From the NCBI GenBank assembly GCA_004431415.1, contig QPMI01000481.1, positions 1-47,260 on the forward strand: 47,260 bases of DNA, written 5' to 3'. The stretch comes from Cyanophora paradoxa CCMP329 (lineage: Eukaryota; Plantae; Glaucophyta). The position numbers and the translations under genes were made by a program. The notes beneath the pieces were generated by a model. That model did not search any database, had not been told where the DNA came from, and saw only the letters and a list, made by a program, of their open reading frames with translations. This document shows positions 12,241 through 28,589 of this stretch, in pieces; position 1 is the first letter of the stretch, and every line of letters begins with the position of its first letter.

Positions 12241-13137
12241 ATATAATATGTGTCTATCTTTACTACTTCAACCTGCCGCGCGCGCTGGGCCGGGATCAAT
12301 CTACATCTGCCCCGTACATGTTCGTGCCACTACTACTCTTTCATTAGATCCCGATTCCCCCTTGCACCCCGGAGCGCCAAACGCGGCCGGGCCCTAGTAT
12401 ACTTCGATTCTTGCTCAGTTTGCCAGCTGCAGAACGACGTCGACGGACCGGACGTTTTCAGGACAAAGAATTCGAATAATCTTCCTCGGCTTCGTACGCG
12501 TCTTCCCGTTTGTATGACCATACATCTAGGAAAATCTTGTACCGCGTCCGCGAGAGACTGAGCATCCAATATGCATTTAGAGACGTACTAGCTCGTGTTT
12601 AGTGCTTCGGTCTCTCGCCAATCGCTCCCCTAGTTGTAGTGTTACTTGAGTGTACGCTCCCCCATTCTGTACCCTCTTACTTGAGTGTACCCTTGCCGAG
12701 TGGACCCCCCTGTTTCTCCTCCCCCCTCCCCCGTGACCGCGCGCGGTTGCGGGCCCCCGTCACGGCGTTTAATAATTAGTACTTCGCCAAAACTGCCACT
12801 TTAGCGGCTGGTAAATCTTTAGTAGGTCAGTCTTCGCAGGGCTTTTGTATGGCGGAGACGGGGCTACCCCTACAAATTCTCGGCTTTAGCAGGCGGGAAA
12901 TATTTAGTAGATCGCCCAAAAACTTTTAGTACTATAAATATGCAACCCACTAAATATTTCTAGCTCTCCAGTAAGTCCCGTAAGTCGTAAGTGGCAACCC
13001 TACCCGCCGGCGCCGGCGGGGCTGGAGCCTGGAGTCCCTGCAGCTGGACTCCCTGGAGCCTGGCGGGCAGTGGCGCCCGGCCCCACTGGCGGGCCACTGG
13101 CGGCCCCGCAGTTACCGCCGACACTGTGACAGCGGCC

Positions 13138-14301
13138 GAAGCGGCTGGCAGATCTTGCCATGTGTAAATTAGCTACCGTACCGGGTACCGGTGGGTTCTA
13201 GTAGACTCCTGGTACGGAACAGTCCTAGTAACTGCCGCCTAGTAACTGCCGCTACGAGTTATGGGCCTTAGGCGGAGTTTCCTGGCGAACTGGGGCCAAA
13301 CTCCAGGGGCCTGAAGCGGCTGGCAGATCTTGCCCTTATGTAAATTAGCTACCGGGTAGGTTCTAGTAGCCTCCTGGTACAGTCCTAGTAACCGCCGGCT
13401 AGTAAGTTAGCAGTAACTGCCAACAGCAGCTTTTATATAGCATGTGAAATATACCGGCACGTGCCCAATCGGAAAACACTGGCATTTTCAAGTCGAATTA
13501 GTACGGGGACCTCGACGGTCCCAGCGCAGTACTAATTTGAGTCAAAAGGTGTTCCCAGTCTAAAACTCGGCCGAGTTTTAGTCAATCGACTTGACTCGGA
13601 AAAAGTTTGTATGGCGGAAACTGCGCCTAAGGCCCATAACTCGTAGCGTGCCAACAGCAGCTTTTTAGCCTAGTAGTACCGTAGTACGGGGACCTCGATC
13701 GCGACGGTCCCAGCGCTGTACTAATTTGACTTGGAAGGTGTTCCCAGTGCAAAAACTCGGCCGAGTTTTAGTCAATCCACTTGACTCTTGGCAGCCCCCG
13801 CGGCCGGAGTGCTGCCAGCCTGTGCCAGGCTGGTGTCTAGAGCAGTGAATTTAAAATTTCACTTTCGCAAATTGCAAAATGAAAATTTACATATTAATTT
13901 TCAGAAAACTTTCACTGCCAAAAAGAGCACTGAAAACTTTCAATATTTGCAAGGGGGGTACCGTTGAAGCTGCTTTTTGGGGGGGTGTAACCGGGTGTTT
14001 CATGATCACGCCAAATTGGAGGGTCAAACACGCCAGAAGACGAGACGAGACGAGAAAGTTTTCGAAAGTTTACTGAAAGTTTTCAGGGTGCTTCTGGAAT
14101 AATAAAATTTCACAAACACTTTTTTTTCGATCCGTGGGGCCGCCATGGGGCATGATCGATCGGAATTATGTGGAACGGGCGGGATTCGAAGGCGTGATGG
14201 TCTAGAGACTGTGGCCGGTAATTCACAAAAAAAAGACTTGACTCGGAAAACGCTTGTACATGTATGGCGGAAACTGCGCCTAAGGCCCATAACTCGTAGC
14301 G
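13138..14301. mobile_element. Outer, left-truncated copy of the same MITE family, with nested insertions
   Basis: 13138-13249 and 13649-13787 align with the internal sequence of the inner MITE. The right TIR ends at 14301. A ~448-bp insert (13788-14235) is flanked by the 9-bp duplication ACTTGACTC. Confidence 0.65.
13250..13648. mobile_element. 399-bp CACTA-like MITE (CGCTA termini, TGC TSD) inserted in an older copy of the same family (duplicate at 25220-25618)
   Basis: TIRs CGCTACGAGTTATGGGCCTTAGGCG...CGCCTAAGGCCCATAACTCGTAGCG. TSD TGC at 13247-13249 / 13649-13651. The empty site GTAACTGCCAACAGCAGC is seen inside the element (~13413). Confidence 0.8.
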
Positions 14302-14762
14302 TACCGAACGATAAGTCGGTAACCCGAGGCCGGCCGTACGGTAACTAGTAAGCTTCCACTGTCGGTGTCGGTGTCGCAAATCGATATCGGTGTCGGTGTC
14401 GCAAATCAAGGTGCGCTGCCGCAGTGCTTGCCAAAGTTGGTCGAGGTGACCATAAGTGCGCACACGTGCGTGCACCTCGACGTGCTGCTAAGTTGTGCTA
14501 ACTGCCAACTTCGGACTCCGGGACGGGACGCCAGCTGCAGTCGCTGATCTTTTCACAGACTCGCTGTCAATCATGTTCTCGTGTGCGCATGCGTCGACAG
14601 CGTATCATAGTATGCAAATTATGTAGATGTGCCGTAATCCGGATCGACGCAGATGAAGCCGGAAACTACCTCAATTCGATCTTCGCGTCAACGACTCCCC
14701 CGCGTATCCCATCTCATTACTCCTTATTACTGTATTCGAAAGCCTTGACGAGTTGTACGCAG

Positions 14763-16613
<1,851 letters not shown>

Positions 16614-18401
16614 ATCTAGAGTAACGTTCACATCAATCACCTCGTTTTGAGCAATCGCAATTCCGGATTCAGTCATCCTGGCGGAGGCCTTGGGCCATTA
16701 AAGAGGCTGGCTACCGCAGTGCGATAAGGAGTGCCGGGGCTACAAGAGGGAATGGTGGGAGGGAAGGGGGCGTGGGGTGGGGGGGGGGGGGGGGGGGGGG
16801 GTGGGAGGGAGGAGGATCGAGCCGGCGCGCCTTCGTCACCGCCGCCGCCTCCCCGCCTCCTTCCTCTTCTCGGCGAGCTCCCTGCCCCGAGCCGAGCCGC
16901 CGCGCCGGACGGAGGAGGAAGATGCACCGGTTGGGCGCGGAGGCGCTGGTCGGCGTAGCGCGCGCGGCCTCGCGCCGCCTCCGCTCCGCCCGCTGAGCCT
17001 GGGGCGGCCGCTCCGACTCGGTTTCCGCCCCGCGTCGCCCGGCGAGAGCGGCGAGGGCACGGGTGGGGGATGCGGGGCACCGTTGGTGAAGTCGAGGTGG
17101 ATGGCGGCCGGGGCGACGCTGGGAGGCTCTCCACGGAGACGCTCAGCACGTACGTCCCGCTGGCCTGCAGGGGTCCCAGTGTGAGGGGGCCGGGCGGGGG
17201 GCGGGGACAGGAGCAGGGAAGCACCCGTCGCCGATGGTGAGGCCGGACAGCACGACGCTCGCGTGCCCCGCCGGCCACGCCACCGGCCCCGCCGCCGCCG
17301 CCACCTGGGACGCCGGGCCCTCCGGTCCGCGGCACGGCCGCCCGAGGCGGAGACAAAGCAGGCGAGGCGGAGGGGCGGGGCGGGTGGCGCCGGTGCGGGG
17401 TTCTCGAAGCGGTCGAGGAGCTCGAGGGCGAGGCTTGGGAGCGCGGCGCCCGTCCCCAGCTGCAGCCCCGTCGCCCCGCCCTCCGCCGCCACCCGCAGCG
17501 CGTGCGGCGCCCCTGCAGGCGGCCTCGGCTCTCGGGCCGAGCAGGAGGGGCGGGGGAGGGGCGCGCGGACCGGGCGGACGGTGAGGTCGCAGGCGGCGGG
17601 GGCGACGGAGGCGTCTGGCGCGCCGCTCGCGGCGAGGCCGAATCGCCTCCCGCAGGGCCGGCACCTCCCGGAACACGTACCCTGGCGCCTCCCCGGGCAC
17701 CTGCGCGCCCTCAGGGGCGGGGCGGAGACGCGGATGGGGGCAGGGCGGGGCGCCTCGTCGGGGAGCCGCAGAGGGGCCCCCGTCTCCGAGAGCACCTCCG
17801 CCTGCGGGGACCGTGGGGGGCGAAGAGTACGGGGGGGCGTGGAGGGAAGGGGGCGGGGCGTGGAGGGCAGGGGCCGGGGCGGCTCACAGGGATGTCGGGG
17901 AGCGTGGCGCCGGCCTCGCAGGCGAGGGCGCCCGGCGGGAGGCGCAGGACGACGCGCTCCGCCCGCTCCGCCGCCGGCACCACCCGCACCGATACCGCCG
18001 CCGCCTCCACCTCCTGGGCGCCCTGCTCAGGCGAGGGTAGGCGAGGCGCGGCAGAGGGCCGGGGCGCACGGGCCGGGGGGCGGAGGCGGCGGGGCGGCGG
18101 CGGACGGCGGAGGGGCGGCGGGGACGAGGGCGAAGCGGATGGAGTGGACGCCGGCCTCGCGCGCAGGCGGCTCCGGTCCCGCTGCTGGCCGAGCGGGCGG
18201 GCGGGCGGGCCGGCGCGGTCAGGCGAAGCGGGGGCGACTGGAGGGGGCGGGGGGCGGACCAGGGAGGCGCGGAGGAGGCGAGGGGGGCGACGCCGGCCTT
18301 GAGGGGATGCGGATGGGGAGGCGGGGGCCGACGTGCACGGCGCCGGCGGCCGAGGCGGCCACCGATCGGGAGCCATCCTCGTCGAGCGCCCGCGGCCCGC
18401 A

Positions 18402-21400
18402 TTGAATGCAAGAGCTTCCGGGCGAGCTAGCGATGGTGCTCCTGGTCAAGCTTTCGTTTGTAGAGCGCGTCCGGCTCGAGCGCGTGTCGAGGGAGAGACT
18501 AGCCTCGCCATCGACCACAGGCTCGCAGAGCTCACAGGCTGCCAGACGACGCGGCTCACGGGACGGGGCGGAAGTGCGGCGGGCGGCGGCGCAGCTCGCG
18601 GCGAGACGGAGGCGTGGCGGATGGCGGCGCAGCTCGTCGGGCGAGAAGGAGGCGTGGCGGATGGCGGCGCAGCTCGTCGGGCGAGAAGGAGGCGTGGCGG
18701 ACGGCGGCGCGGCTCACCGCACGGAGCGCGGCTTGCCGTACAGGGCGGGGGCTCGGCGGGCGGCGGCGCGGCTCACCGCACGGCGCCGGGGCTCGGCGGG
18801 CGGCGGCGCGGCTCACCGCACGGAGCGCGGCTTGCCGTACAGGGCGGGGGCTCGGCGGGCGGCGGCGCGGCTCACCGCACGAGGCGGAGGCTTGGCGAGT
18901 GCCGGCGCGGCTCGCCGGGCGGGCGGAGACTCGTCGGGCGGCGGCGCAGCTCGACGGGCGGGGCGGGGACGCGGCGGCCGCGGGCAGCGGCCCGGCTCGA
19001 CGGGCGGGGCGGGGCGCGGGGGCGGCGGCGCGGCACGCCGGGCGGGGCGGAGACTCGGCGGGCGGCGGCGCGGCTCGACGGGCCGGGCGACGGCGCGGCT
19101 CGCCGGGCGGGGCGGAGACTCGTCGGACGGCGGCGCAGCTCGACGGGTAGGGTGCGGACGCGGCGGGCGGCGGCGCGGCACGCCGGGCGGGCGGGGACGC
19201 GGCGGGCGGCGGCGCGGCTCGCCGGGCGGGCGGCGGCCCGGCGGGCGACGGCGGGGCTCGCCGGCGGGGCGGAGACTCGTCGGGCGGCGGCGCAGCTCGA
19301 CGGGCGGGGCGGGGACGCGGCGGGCGGCGGCGCGGCTCGACGGGCGGGCGGCGGCGCGGCGGGCGGCTTTGCGGACGGCGGCGCGGGTCGCAGGACGGGG
19401 CGGCGGCGCGGCGGGCAACAGCTCCGCGGCAGGACTTGCCGCACGGGGCGGGGGCTCTGCGGCTTCAAGGCTAGTTACCACGCGTGTCAAAATAGGTTGC
19501 TCTGACGTACTGCTTCATGGCTGGCTGCGCGAGAATGCGCACTGTGGCACTGCAGATCTAGAACAGAATCAGATGCACCCCTTCCCCTTCGTGTCCGGAT
19601 CCTAGAGCCTCGAAGAAGATTCACGCTTAAATAACTAAGTTTATTGAAAGGGAGATGTTTATAGCATATAATTATATGAGATGTGCTGGGTGACATAGTG
19701 CCGCACTATCACTTTTAAGTTGACAAGCCGAAAGTACGACTTCAACTTCTCACATCACACTGACTCATGATCAGTGATCATGATCGAGATTGAACGTGCC
19801 GCACGTTCGCGCAGGATGCAAATCGGACAGCATGATGAACATCCATTATACTTTCATTTAACTCAGTGAGTCCAGCGAGAATGCGGCCAGGTGGCTTGCT
19901 CTAACATCGAGCCCTTCGAGAGCCCGTGCTGTGGCGTGTGCGCAGGGCCTGGGCTCGATACTAGACAGCGAAACAATCACTTTTCAAACATTATACAAGA
20001 TCCTGCCACTAGACAGAGCGGCGCGCGCCCTGAACTGTCCACTCGCATGAGATTCTCCAGTGGGGTCCGTGACAGACTCGGATCAAATCGAGCGCCCGAA
20101 GGCCACGACGAGGCAGGCGTATATCTATGCACCGTATTAGCACTTCTATGAAGAAGAGAGCAAAATGCTGCGATACGGGCGCAAGCGCACTGGCACGCAC
20201 GGCAGCGCGTCGTGGAATCTGTGTGGTGGGGTCAGTTCAAAGGCGCGTGGCCGAGCCAGCGACGCGCGACAGTAGCGCAAACTCCTGCAGTGCGTGCAAT
20301 CTGCGTATGTGGTCAGTGCAGTCTCGCACGCCGCCCCGGCGGACGGTGGGCCGGGCTCTCAACGCGGCCGGCCGCGGTGTCCGATTGACGTCCGGCGGCG
20401 GCGACGTCCGGCTTCAGTCGGCCGTCGGCTAGCTGTAGGTCAGGCTGACGGCAGGCTGACGTCGACGGCAGGCTGTTGGACGCAAGCGCTGTTGTCTGGA
20501 AGCACGCCAGGCGGCCCAGCTGCTACAGTCGGCTACAGCTGCTGCGGCCCTCTGCATGGTAAACGCTAACGGCTCGTTAAGCTCGGCTCGCAGCCGGGGC
20601 GGCTGGTCCGGGGTATACGTAGATCCTCGCTAACGGCCAGCAGCTTCAAACAGCGGGCCAACCTGCACCTAACTCGCGCTTGAGCAGCGTCTTGAACAGC
20701 GTCTAGGGACCTCTAGCGAGCTGCTGTGCCTTGCTCTCGCGCAGGGAAGCCGCGGCAGTCGGCTGCAGCCGGGTTTTGAACAGCCCAGGTCCGACGGCCC
20801 GTCCCCGGCGGGCTGCCGAGCGCTCATGTGCTCTTTGCTTCCCAGAGCGCTCCTAGAAGCGGGCGGCTTCCTCGCCGAGCGCCGAGCGGCATTTTCCGCG
20901 GTCTCGCAAGGTTCGACCGGCAACCCTCGCGTAAATCTTGCCTCGCGAGGCGCCGCGGTCGTTTTATGTGCTCGTTGCGCTGAACATGTTGCGCAGGAGC
21001 GGTCGGTGGACGTGCGCTCGTCTGTTCCGTTGAGTCCATCCGGCCGCTCGCTTGAGTGAGCGCTCCAGCCCTGCGGTCTCCGCTCGCTTGAGTGAGCGTC
21101 GTGGTCTCCGCGCTCGAAGAGTGATCTTCGTTGCGCAGGACATGGGCGATAAGCGCGAGGCGGCGGCCGCGGTTCCGGAGGCGACAGCCGCGCCGGTGTT
21201 CAAGGAGCTCGAGGTACTGCCCCCGCCTATTTCTCAACGAGTCTGACACGCAGTTTTAGCCCGCGCGGAAGCGCCGCAGGAGGACGCAACCCGCACGCGG
21301 CGGTCCGACGGCCCAGACTTTGACCCTTGCTGCACCCGACTTCCTCTGTTGCGAAACGGTGCGGTCCTCACCTTAACGCTTCCCCCTCCATCTGAATCTG

Positions 21401-22806
21401 ACTTCCGCACAGGAACCTGTGGGCTACTTGAAATTCACTCACATCTTGCCCTTCCTCAAGGACGGGCTCAAGGTGCGGCTCTTCGTTGCCAAGATCGACG
21501 TCTACGTCGTCGACGAAGGGTTCTTCTTCGTCGGCATCGGCATTCTAGTGCCCAAGGTGCGGCAAGATGAACCTCCCCCCTCCCCTTCCCCCCCCCCCTC
21601 GCCCCACGTCGCCCCCGCAGTACACCCTCCTAGCTATATCTAGATGCCCTACCCCGCCCCGCCTCCGCTCCGCCCCCTCCGGGCCCCCGGTGGGGGTACG
21701 CCTTCGCCGGCGTCTTCGGACAAGGTACCCCCGGTAGCTGGGGTCCCTTGGTCCGACGGCGCTGGTGAGGGCGTACCCCCTCGCGCGGGCCCCGATCGGG
21801 CACTAGCTCTAGATGCCCCTACTTACCCGCCCCCTCCGGGCCCCGGTGGGGGTACGCCTTCGCCGGCGTCTTCGGACAAGGTACCCCCGGTAGCTGGGTC
21901 CCTTGGTCCGACGGCGCTGGTGAGGGCGTACCCCCTCGCGCGGGCCCCGATCGGGCACTAGCTCTAGATGCCCTACTTACCCGCCCCTCCGGCCCCCGGT
22001 GGGGTACGCCTTCGCCGGCGTCTTCGGACAAGGTACCCCCGGTAGCTGGGGTCCTTGGTCCGAAGGCGCTGGTGAGGGCGTACCCCCTCGCGCGGGCCGC
22101 GTCGGGGCGCTAGCTTCATAGCTAAACGCCGTACCCCTCTTCAGTTGGGCCACATACTGACTCCATTTCAGTTGGGCGAAGCTGAGGAGCCCTCGGACGT
22201 CGTCAAGTTGGTTGTGCTTGCCGAAGGCAAAGCTGACGAGGACGTGCTGGGCAGAAAGGTAGCTCTGTCACTCCCCTCGAGGTTTATTCAGTTCATTCAC
22301 GTCTAGCGTGCAGATCCCCGAGGATATCACGGAGTTGCCTGGCAACGAAGAGCTCACTACTTTCAGTGGGCTGGAAGGCCGAGTGGTCTTCTGGCCCAAG
22401 GCCCTCCTTTCCCTCCTCCGCAGTGCTAGCTCTAGATAGTGTGCGGCCGCTAGGGCGGCGCTGTGTTGCAATTGCAGTATTCATGCATGGCAACCCCCGG
22501 CGCTGCAGGCAGGGTGCACGGGGCGGGGGCGCGGGCGCCCGGGTGCGCGAGCCTGCTATTTTTAGCTTCTCTGGGAACTCTTCTCTTTGTCGTCGGAACA
22601 ATTGCTATTGCTATCTGAACAATTGCCGTTGCTCTCGGGACTCCTGATTTGGGATCTCCATGGGCTACACAACTTAACGTTTCACTTGATCATTAGTTCC
22701 CAGACCTACGAAGTTTCCAGTATGGAGAATTTGGGAAGTTCTGTGTCCAGAGACCGTAAGACTATCTGATTCCGAGCTATTGGAAATGGGGGGGGGCCCA
22801 CTAGTG
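18402..22806. mobile_element. CACTA element, left-truncated copy (right TIR only)
   Basis: Duplicate of 6259-10846 inside the 12-kb duplication; ends ...GGGCCCACTAGTG|TAT at 22806. Confidence 0.8.
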
Positions 22807-25800
22807 TATCTCGTAATTTCCTGCAATTGCCGGCTTCGTGACGTCGACGCTGGCTTCGTGCGTCACAGCTTGATTATTTTTTCTTACGCTTCGTGCGCAT
22901 GCGTCCACTCGCCATCGACTCGCTGACGACTCGCTGACGATCGCGACTCGCGATCGAGCTCGCCCGGCCTCGCCGGCGCCGTCGAGGCGCGCCTGCAGTT
23001 TTGATTTTTTTTAGAAGCGTGAAGCATTCGCTCAGCGGCTAACTTCAGTAATATACAAGCAGGGGGGCAAGCCCCCCCGCACCCCCCCATTTACTGATGA
23101 TCGATATCATGACCGTCGGACATAGCAATAGCGAAGCATGTATACGTAGATCTGCAGCTGAACTTCAATCGAGAAACGCGCAGCGTCGACGTCAGCGCCA
23201 TATGCATACGCGCGCGTCGCGTCGGCCGCGCCGACTTCGATCTAGACTCTCAGATCTTGAGCTTCGTTACTAAGTTAAGATCTTTGGCTAGCTTTAGATC
23301 GGAACTGTTACAATTAGCTATTATTGCAAGGGGGAAAGAAGACCGAAGGTCTTCCCCCTTGCTTCCCGTTCCCTCGCTTCAGCCAAAAGTTTTCTATGAG
23401 GCCGTTTGCGAGGTCCAGTATGCAACACCAGAAAAAAATGGTGCTTTATTCGCGTTCCGATTGGCTGGGTGAACCGGTCAGCCCTCGACTTTGGAGCGTC
23501 AAACTCGAGGGGAAAAAGTGGTTTTCGAGGGGAAAACCAGCTTCTGTCTCACGTGCACTCCTCTAGCTTGTTCTACGTATACTGTATAGATCTGGGCTCT
23601 CCGGGCTTCTCCCTCGCGCGGCGCGGCGCTGCATCATAGCAACCACTTCTCCTTAGCTGTCTCCTCTAGTTTTAAAAATTCCCCTTCCTCGCACTGCGCC
23701 GCGTACGCCGCACGGTCCGCTTGCGCTGTTAACGTTGCCTAGCTACGTATACGTATACGCCGCTGATCGCAGCCGAGCACTGCGGCACGCCCGCTCAGCA
23801 CGCGGCCGACATATGCATCGAGCTGATACGTATATACCGCAGAACCGCGTGCGCGTGCCCGCAGCCGAGTACGCCGGCCGGGCCGGGCGCGCGCGCAGTC
23901 GTACGCGTGCTGCGCGTGGATGCGCAGCCAAGATTGAGTTTGCACCGCAAAACCGCTTGCGCCGCTGCCAAGCTGCGCCGCTGATCGCAGCCGAGCTTGG
24001 CCGGCCGCCGGGGCGTGCAGACTGTACTCTCTTGCTGCGCTCAGCACGCTGCCGACATCGAGTTCATACCGCAGAACTGCTGCTCGACTGCCCGCAGCCG
24101 AGCACGCCGGCTGGGCCGAGTGCCGCGGTGCTCTTGTTGCGCTCGGCACGCCGCTGCTGAGGACCCAGTCCATCCCGTCCGCGGCTGGCACGTACTGCCG
24201 GTCATATATAATATGTGTCTATCTTTACTACTTCAACCTGCCGCGCGCGCTGGGCCGGGATCAATCTACATCTGCCCCGTACATGTTCGTGCCACTACTA
24301 CTCTTTCATTAGATCCCGATTCCCCCCTTGCACCCCCGGAGCGCCAAACGCGGCCGGGCCCCTAGTATACTTCGATTCTTGCTCAGTTTGCCAGCTGCAG
24401 AACGACGTCGACGGACCGGACGTTTTCAGGACAAAGAATTCGAATAATCTTCCTCGGCTTCGTACGCGTCTTCCCGTTTGTATGACCATACATCTAGGAA
24501 AATCTTGTACCGCGTCCGCGAGAGACTGAGCATCCAATATGCATTTAGAGACGTACTAGCTCGTGTTTAGTGCTTCGGTCTCTCGCCAATCGCTCCCCCT
24601 AGTTGTAGTGTTACTTGAGTGTACGCTCCCCCCATTCTGTACCCTCTTACTTGAGTGTACCCTTGCCGAGTGGACCCCCCTGTTTCTCCTCCCCCCTCCC
24701 CCGTGACCGCGCGCGGTTGCGGGCCCCCGTCACGGCGTTTAATAATTAGTACTTCGCCAAAACTGCCACTTTAGCGGCTGGTAAATCTTTAGTAGGTCAG
24801 TCTTCGCAGGGCTTTTGTATGGCGGAGACGGGGCTACCCCTACAAATTCTCGGCTTTAGCAGGCGGGAAATATTTAGTAGATCGCCCAAAAACTTTTAGT
24901 ACTATAAATATGCAACCCACTAAATATTTCTAGCTCTCCAGTAAGTCCCGTAAGTCGTAAGTGGCAACCCTACCCGTCGGCGCCGGCGGGGCTGGAGCCT
25001 GGAGTCCCTGCAGCTGGACTCCCTGGAGCCTGGCGGGCAGTGGCGCCCGGCCCCACTGGCGGGCCACTGGCGGCCCCGCAGTTACCGCCGACACTGTGAC
25101 AGCGGCCGAAGCGGCTGGCAGATCTTGCCATGTGTAAATTAGCTACCGTACCGGGTACCGGTGGGTTCTAGTAGACTCCTGGTACGGAACAGTCCCAGTA
25201 ACTGCCGCCTAGTAACTGCCGCTACGAGTTATGGGCCTTAGGCGGAGTTTCCTGGCGAACTGGGGCCAAACTCCAGGGGCCTGAAGCGGCTGGCAGATCT
25301 TGCCCTTATGTAAATTAGCTACCGGGTAGGTTCTAGTAGCCTCCTGGTACAGTCCTAGTAACCGCCGGCTAGTAAGTTAGCAGTAACTGCCAACAGCAGC
25401 TTTTATATAGCATGTGAAATATACCGGCACGTGCCCAATCGGAAAACACTGGCATTTTCAAGTCGAATTAGTACGGGGACCTCGACGGTCCCAGCGCAGT
25501 ACTAATTTGAGTCAAAAGGTGTTCCCAGTCTAAAACTCGGCCGAGTTTTAGTCAATCGACTTGACTCGGAAAAAGTTTGTATGGCGGAAACTGCGCCTAA
25601 GGCCCTTAACTCGTAGCGTGCCAACAGCAGCTTTTTAGCCTAGTAGTACCGTAGTACGGGGACCTCGATCGCGACGGTCCCAGCGCTGTACTAATTTGAC
25701 TTGGAAGGTGTTCCCAGTGCAAAAACTCGGCCGAGTTTTAGTCAATCCACTTGACTCTTGGCAGCCCCCGCGGCCGGAGTGCTGCCAGCCTGTGCCAGGC

Positions 25801-26734
25801 TGGTGTCTAGAGCAGTGAATTTAAAATTTCACTTTCGCAAATTGCAAATTGAAAATTTACATATTAATTTTCAGAAAACTTTCACTGCCAAAAAGAGCAC
25901 TGAAAACTTTCAATATTTGCAAGGGGGGTACCGTTGAAGCTGCTTTTTGGGGGGGTGTAACCGGGTGTTTCATGATCACGCCAAATTGGAGGGTCAAACA
26001 CGCCAGAAGACGAGACGAGACGAGAAAGTTTTCGAAAGTTTACTGAAAGTTTTCAGGGTGCTTCTGGAATAATAAAATTTCACAAACACTTTTTTTTCGA
26101 TCCGTGGGGCCGCCATGGGGCATGATCGATCGGAATTATGTGGAACGGGCGGGATTCGAAGGCGTGATGGTCTAGAGACTGTGGCCGGTAATTCACAAAA
26201 AAAAGACTTGACTCGGAAAACGCTTGTACATGTATGGCGGAAACTGCGCCTAAGGCCCATAACTCGTAGCGTACCGAACGATAAGTCGGTAACCCGAGCC
26301 CGGCCGTACGGTAACTAGTAAGCTTCCACTGTCGGTGTCGGTGTCGCAAATCGATATCGGTGTCGGTGTCGCAAATCAAGGTGCGCTGCCGCAGTGCTTG
26401 CCAAAGTTGGTCGAGGTGACCATAAGTGCGCACACGTGCGTGCACCTCGACGTGCTGCTAAGTTGTGCTAACTGCCAACTTCGGACTCCGGGACGGGACG
26501 CCAGCTGCAGTCGCTGATCTTTTCACAGACTCGCTGTCAATCATGTTCTCGTGTGCGCATGCGTCGACAGCGTATCATAGTATGCAAATTATGTAGATGT
26601 GCCGTAATCCGGATCGACGCAGATGAAGCCGGAAACTACCTCAATTCGATCTTCGCGTCAACGACTCCCCCCGCGTATCCCCATCTCATTACTCCTTATT
26701 ACTGTATTCGAAAGCCTTGACGAGTTGTACGCAG

Positions 26735-28528
<1,794 letters not shown>

Positions 28529-28589
28529 ATCTAGAGTAACGTTCACATCAATCACCTCGTTTTGAGCAATCGCAATTCCGGATTCAGTC

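Noticed and set aside
11293-12560. Upstream exons of the lectin gene or a separate gene
   Set aside because: Some AG/GT-bounded segments look coding, but I could not build a consistent in-phase model.
12728-12782. Helitron 3' end (GC hairpin followed by TTAGT)
   Set aside because: No canonical CTRR terminus, no identifiable 5' end and no Rep/helicase gene.
13835-14207. hAT element suggested by duplicated GTCTAGAG (13835, 14200)
   Set aside because: The 8-bp repeat fits hAT targets, but the enclosed ends (CAGTGAAT... / ...GCGTGATG) do not form convincing TIRs.
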